Of a stretch of DNA of 10,680 nt, positions 6,727-10,680 are shown in pieces. Source of the DNA: Alkaliphilus sp. (GTDB lineage Bacteria; Bacillota; Clostridia; Peptostreptococcales; Thermotaleaceae); the NCBI GenBank assembly GCA_018335765.1, contig JAGXRU010000176.1:1-10680 (forward strand). The letters are read 5' to 3'. The notes below the pieces were generated by a model. It saw only the letters and a program-made list of their open reading frames with translations, was not told where the DNA came from and did no database searches. The translations under genes and the position numbers were made by a program. How positions within the stretch are numbered: position 1 is the first letter of the stretch; the number at the start of each line of letters is the position of its first letter.

Positions 6727-7749
6727 TCATTTTTCATAGCGCCATCTGCATGAATCTCTTACTATGAGCTGGGGCTCTATAATAATGGTCTGGGGCTCTC
6801 CACCCTCGCCTTTAATACGGCTATTTAAGATGTTAGCTGCCTGTATCCCCCTGAGAAATGGAAAGGAAGATACCGTTGTAAGTTTAGGTTTTATGATAGA
6901 AGCTTCAGGTATATCATCGACCCCCACTATAGAAATATCCTGCCCAGGAATAATTCCTTTTTCCTCCAGCTTCATCATAGCCCCAATGGAAATCACATCA
7001 TTAAAACAAAATATTGCAGTGGGCATTTTTTCTAATTTAAAAAGATCTTCAACAGAGTTATACCCAGCTTCTTGGGTTGGTGAACTTTCGATAATTAACG
7101 ACTCATCTACTTCAATACGAAATTTTTTCAGTATACTTTCATAGCCTTCCCTTCTTTTATACCAGGATGTGAGATAAGAATCTCCTCCCAGATAGGCAAT
7201 TCTATTGTGTCCTTTTTTTATAAGATGTTCGGTTGCCAATTGCCCTGCAAGCATATCATCTATACCTATATAATCACAACCAGGATAACTTCGGTTAACC
7301 AGTACAACTGGTATTCCAATTTTTTTTATCTTTTTGATTAATTCATCACTGCTGCCTAAAACTGCAAATAGAATAATCCCACACACTCTATGCTCTAGCA
7401 TGGAAGATATTAATCTTTCTTGTACTTCAAGGGATTCAAAGGTAGAGCCTAAAAGAATGGTCTTTTTAAATTTATTTAATTCTTTATTTACACCTGTAAG
7501 TAAAGCCGTATAGAATGAATTATTTAGATCTGGGATTATTAATCCTACTGTGGATGATGAATTTAAGCGTAAGCTGGCCGCAGCTCTATTGTATACATAA
7601 CCTAACTCCATGGCTGAAGCAATCACCTTATTTCTAGTTTCCTCAGAAACATAGTCACTGCCGCTAAGGGCTACAGAAGCTGTAGTTTTAGACACCCCTG
7701 CATGGTTAGCCACTTCAAGTAATGTTATCTTTGTTTTCTTATGCTTCAT
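6727..7749 (-). CDS. LacI/GalR-family transcriptional repressor (HTH plus periplasmic-binding-protein-like sugar-binding domain)
   Basis: N-terminus MKHKKTKITLLEVANHAGVSKTTASVALSGSDYVSEETRNKVIASAMELGYVYNRAAASL is the canonical LacI-type HTH (T..DVA..AGVS..TVSRVLN....V...TR..V......LGY.PN..A..L). The remainder has the type-I PBP-like core. GGAGG RBS 6 nt upstream. Confidence 0.9.
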   Translation of the reverse strand: MKHKKTKITLLEVANHAGVSKTTASVALSGSDYVSEETRNKVIASAMELGYVYNRAAASLRLNSSSTVGLIIPDLNNSFYTALLTGVNKELNKFKKTILLGSTFESLEVQERLISSMLEHRVCGIILFAVLGSSDELIKKIKKIGIPVVLVNRSYPGCDYIGIDDMLAGQLATEHLIKKGHNRIAYLGGDSYLTSWYKRREGYESILKKFRIEVDESLIIESSPTQEAGYNSVEDLFKLEKMPTAIFCFNDVISIGAMMKLEEKGIIPGQDISIVGVDDIPEASIIKPKLTTVSSFPFLRGIQAANILNSRIKGEGGEPQTIIIEPQLIVRDSCRWRYEK

Positions 7750-7786
7750 AATAATCCTCCAATTGAAGCCTTTATCAGCTAAGCCT

Positions 7787-7816
7787 ATTATAGCAAAGAG
7801 AAAATATGAGTGTCAA
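7787..7816 (-). promoter_or_regulatory. Consensus sigma-A promoter for the LacI-family regulator
   Basis: Minus strand: TTGACA (rc of 7811-7816), 18-nt spacer, TATAAT (rc of 7787-7792). About 30 nt upstream of the RBS. Confidence 0.5.
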
Positions 7817-7891
7817 TTGAGCCAGCAGACGCGTTCTTTGATATAATTGGGGTTTGGTCGTATTAGCACTGATTTCTTTTTTTAAATTTAA

Positions 7892-7920
7892 TTGACAATT
7901 TTCTATATTCAAAATATAAT
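7892..7920 (+). promoter_or_regulatory. Consensus sigma-A promoter (TTGACA-17-TATAAT) reading toward the Gfo/Idh/MocA oxidoreductase gene
   Basis: TTGACA(7892-7897), 17-nt spacer, TATAAT(7915-7920). Perfect hexamers and spacing. The operator palindrome begins about 10 nt downstream of the -10. Implies a 5' UTR of about 230 nt. Confidence 0.5.
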
Positions 7921-7927
7921 TTAAATA

Positions 7928-7943
7928 TAGCGAATCGATTCGA
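7928..7943. promoter_or_regulatory. Putative LacI-family operator O1 (perfect palindrome CGAATCGATTCG, AATCGATT core)
   Basis: TAGCGAATCGATTCGA. The 12-bp core 7931-7942 is a perfect palindrome with the central CG and AA.CG.TT pattern typical of LacI/GalR operators. Centred about +15 to +20 relative to the + promoter. Confidence 0.45.
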
Positions 7944-7982
7944 TGTTTGTTTCCATAATTGATTTGAATTATTTTTTTGTTT

Positions 7983-7997
7983 TAGCGAATCGATTCA
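7983..7997. promoter_or_regulatory. Putative LacI-family operator O2 (second copy, TAGCGAATCGATTCA)
   Basis: A 14-bp direct repeat of O1 (TAGCGAATCGATTC), centred 55 bp downstream (about 5 helical turns). One arm is imperfect (A instead of G). Confidence 0.4.
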
Positions 7998-8154
7998 GGG
8001 TGTGAGAAAATCGTCCCTAGACTCTTTAAATTCATTAGATAATTAGATCATACTATCAATCAAATGTAATTATGAAGAGTATTGTTCCTTGAATTGATTT
8101 TGTATCGATCTTTTCTCATCTACGAATTATAATTATACGAAAGGTGGTCCTATT

Positions 8155-9327
8155 ATGAAAACGGTAACAGTGGCTTTGATCGGCGGTGGATACGGAGCTT
8201 TTCTTCATGCCAACGGATATGCAAAGGTGCATGGTGTTCCTGTAAAAATTAAGACATTAGTAGATCTAGACCTGGAGAAAGCAACAGTGTTTGCGGAAAA
8301 ATATGGTATTGAACATGTTACTTCAAGCTTTGAAGAAGTCTTAAATGATGAAGAAATTGATATTATTGATATCGTAACTCCTCCAATGGCCCATGTGGAT
8401 ATGACTATAAAAGCTTTAAAAGCAGGTAAGCATGTCATATGTGAAAAGCCGTTAACAGGGTATTTTGGTGAAGAGGGTGATGAGAAGCCCATAGGACATA
8501 AGGTCCCAAGATCAAAAATGTTTCAAAAAGTCATAGAGCAGATGGATGAAGTAAAGAACATTGTGGAAGCCAGTGACAAGCTCTTTATGTATGCTGAAAA
8601 TTATGTATATTGTCCATCCATTATGAAAGCAGCTGAAATTATTAGAAGTAAAAAAAGTAAGCTTGTGTTTATGAAAGGCGAAGAAAGCTTAAGAGGCTCC
8701 TCATCGCCAGTGGCAGGCATGTGGGATAAAACAGGCGGCGGTTCCCTTATAAGAATGGGCTGTCATCCTCTTTCAGGAATACTTTGGTTGAAGCAGGTTG
8801 AGGCTCAAGCCAGGAATGAAAAAATTTCTGTAGTTAGTGTAAATGCGGATATGGGCCATATTGGCAAGTGTCTCTCTGAACATGACAAGAGACATTTAAC
8901 CAGCAAGCCAATTGATGTGGAAGATTTTTCCAATGTTACATTAACCTTCTCAGATCATACAAAAGCAATCGTCATTGCCAGTGATAATGTTTTAGGTGGT
9001 GTTAAAAACTACGTTGAAATCTATGCCAATGATGGAACCATCTTATGCAACATTACTCCAGCTGATAACTTAAAGGCTTATTTCTTAGATCAAGAGGGTT
9101 TGGATGATGTTTATTTCTCGGAAATGCTTCCTGAAAAAACAGGCTGGAATAATCTATTTATATGCGATGAGATTCTCAGAGGCTATGTTTATGAGCTTCA
9201 AGATTTTGTTGAATGTGTTGCTTATGGAAGAAAGCCTTTATCAGATATCGATTTAGCCTATGAAACCACTAAAATTATTTATGCAGCATATCAATCCGCA
9301 GGTGAGGGCAGAACCATATATTTATAA
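8155..9327 (+). CDS. Gfo/Idh/MocA-family NAD(P)-dependent oxidoreductase (sugar/inositol dehydrogenase-like)
   Basis: N-terminal Rossmann motif VALIGGGYGAFLHANGY and the family-diagnostic EKPL motif (HVICEKPL) at about aa 95. The C-terminal alpha/beta domain is present. AAGGTGG RBS 7 nt upstream. Divergent from a LacI-family regulator, as is typical for sugar-catabolic dehydrogenases. Confidence 0.9.
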   Translation: MKTVTVALIGGGYGAFLHANGYAKVHGVPVKIKTLVDLDLEKATVFAEKYGIEHVTSSFEEVLNDEEIDIIDIVTPPMAHVDMTIKALKAGKHVICEKPLTGYFGEEGDEKPIGHKVPRSKMFQKVIEQMDEVKNIVEASDKLFMYAENYVYCPSIMKAAEIIRSKKSKLVFMKGEESLRGSSSPVAGMWDKTGGGSLIRMGCHPLSGILWLKQVEAQARNEKISVVSVNADMGHIGKCLSEHDKRHLTSKPIDVEDFSNVTLTFSDHTKAIVIASDNVLGGVKNYVEIYANDGTILCNITPADNLKAYFLDQEGLDDVYFSEMLPEKTGWNNLFICDEILRGYVYELQDFVECVAYGRKPLSDIDLAYETTKIIYAAYQSAGEGRTIYL

Positions 9328-9350
9328 TTAAATGCTATATAGAAATTATT

Positions 9351-9390
9351 AAACCTCTTAAAGGGTGTAATGATCCCTTTTAAGAGGTTT
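9351..9390. terminator. Bidirectional terminator hairpin between the convergent oxidoreductase and SPFH genes
   Basis: AAACCTCTTAAAGGG(9351-9365) / loop TGTAATGA / TCCCTTTTAAGAGGTTT(9374-9390). A 14-15 bp stem with one bulged T. Flanking T/A runs are modest. Confidence 0.55.
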
Positions 9391-9401
9391 AAGTCTATAC
9401 C

Positions 9402-10523
9402 TTATTTATGGGACACCAGCTGACTGAGTTGATCTAATATTCCCGAATTAGCTGAAATGGAAATGCTTCCTACTTTATCACAAATTCTTTCCAAGTACTC
9501 AAGCTCCTTCAGCTTAAACAAGGTTTTATTTTCATCCATCAATTTTGCTGTGTTGAGTAAGCTTCTTGTGGAGGCGGTTTCCTCTCTGCGGGTTATTACA
9601 TTAGCATAGGCTCTTTTCTCTGCTATTAATACAGTGTTTAAGATCTCCTTTATATCTCCAGGGAGGATTATATCTTTTACTCCTGCCTCTATAAATTCTA
9701 TACCAAATTGATCTTGTTTACTTTTAACAGTATTTAGTATTATAGTTCCTATTTCATGCTTTTGTGCAAGGAGCTCATCCAGCTTTCTCGTGGCTACATA
9801 CTCTCTCAATGCCAGCTGCATCGTTATATATATTTGCTGCTCAAAATCGTCAAATTCCATGGTTGCTTTAATTGGGTCAAGTATTTTATACTGACATATG
9901 AAATTCATTCGAAGGGTAACTTTATCCTCAGATAATAATTCCTGTCCTGATACCTCCAAGAGCCTTTTCCTGACATCAACGAGCTTTACCTCCACACTGT
10001 TACTACCCTTTATAAAATAGTGATTTCCTACAGACAATGTTTTTATAAATTGACCATTAATTGTAAGAATTCCAATCTTCCCTACAGGTATTGAGAAAGT
10101 ACTGATATACTTAAAGCCCTCCCTTTTAAAATATTCTCTATTGAATATGCTCAGTTCAACATGATCCGGTAAAAAAGGATTGTTTGTATCTAAAACTACA
10201 AAGGTATGTTTCTTTATGGTATTGAAATACGCATGGGTCCCATAGGTAAGAATATCTGTAAAATTTCCATCCGCATAGTGTAGTGCTATTTCGTTATCCT
10301 TTAAACAAATCACATCCAGTTTCTCTTTTAAGAAACTATCTGACAATAACAATGATAAATCATATTCAGTATCAAATTTTCCGGTCATATCCACAGAAAG
10401 GATCCACTTATTCGTAAATGGCATAACATAATAGTCCTTTGGGGGTAATGCTTTGATAAAGCTGTTGTTTTTAAATAACAATCCCACTTCATGCGTATTT
10501 ACTATGTACTTCATATTATTCAC
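9402..10523 (-). CDS. SPFH/band-7 (stomatin/flotillin-like) domain protein with an N-terminal non-membrane extension, YdjI-like
   Basis: The C-terminal two thirds carry SPFH hallmarks: IPVGKIGILTINGQFIKTLSVGNHYFIKGSNSVEVKLVDVRKR..QELLSEDKVTLRMNFICQYKILDPIKA (beta start), then QQIYITMQLALREYVATRKLDELLAQKHEIG..EFIEAGVKDIILPGDIKEILNTVLIAEKRAYANVITRREETASTRSLLNTAKLM (helical part). No N-terminal TM helix. GAGGTG RBS 4 nt upstream of ATG 10523. Confidence 0.75.
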   Translation of the reverse strand: MNNMKYIVNTHEVGLLFKNNSFIKALPPKDYYVMPFTNKWILSVDMTGKFDTEYDLSLLLSDSFLKEKLDVICLKDNEIALHYADGNFTDILTYGTHAYFNTIKKHTFVVLDTNNPFLPDHVELSIFNREYFKREGFKYISTFSIPVGKIGILTINGQFIKTLSVGNHYFIKGSNSVEVKLVDVRKRLLEVSGQELLSEDKVTLRMNFICQYKILDPIKATMEFDDFEQQIYITMQLALREYVATRKLDELLAQKHEIGTIILNTVKSKQDQFGIEFIEAGVKDIILPGDIKEILNTVLIAEKRAYANVITRREETASTRSLLNTAKLMDENKTLFKLKELEYLERICDKVGSISISANSGILDQLSQLVSHK

Positions 10524-10680
10524 CTCTTCTATATTTTAAGCACTATCGTGCTATTATTACGTTGGCTGCCGGGAGTTTATGGTAAAATTCTGACGGGCTC
10601 AAATTAAGCATGTCTAGATCTAGCCGGAAGGGTTAAACCTTTGGGCTAATTTGAAGACGCTACGAGATCCTTTGAAGCAC

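Noticed and set aside
7944-8006. 20-codon ORF between the two operator copies
   Set aside because: No RBS. It lies in the leader and ends in the operator. Likely chance.
10623-10680. Possible C-terminal 18 codons of a minus-strand gene entering from beyond the window end
   Set aside because: Too short to assign. The frame ends at TAG (rc of 10620-10622), but there is no recognisable motif. Left unannotated.
1-10680. Searched for CRISPR repeats, IS inverted repeats/transposase, integrase, tRNA/rRNA, toxin-antitoxin pairs
   Set aside because: No regularly spaced direct repeats, no transposase/integrase-like ORFs and no tRNA cloverleaf candidates. All substantial ORFs are accounted for by the genes listed.

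Overview
Low-GC (roughly 30-38% by eye) chromosomal segment with Firmicutes/Clostridia-like gene content and strong AGGAGG-type ribosome-binding sites. Left to right: 3' end of leuS; a CaCA-family Na+/Ca2+ exchanger and a CDF-family divalent-cation efflux transporter (both +); a convergent hemolysin-III (PAQR) membrane protein; thiT, the ECF thiamine S-component, preceded on the minus strand by an unmistakable TPP riboswitch with a terminator-type expression platform; a two-gene operon with a 17-bp overlap encoding two paralogous HTH-WYL-WCX regulators (PafBC/BrxR/CapW-like), the most interesting element here; a LacI-family repressor divergent from a Gfo/Idh/MocA oxidoreductase, with near-consensus promoters on both strands and two copies of a palindromic AATCGATT-core operator 55 bp apart; and a soluble SPFH/band-7 protein with an N-terminal extension. 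Four intergenic hairpins sit exactly where convergent gene pairs and the leuS 3' end need terminators. No CRISPR array, IS element, tRNA or rRNA was recognised. All domain calls rest on reading the translated ORFs against remembered family motifs; no database search was run.
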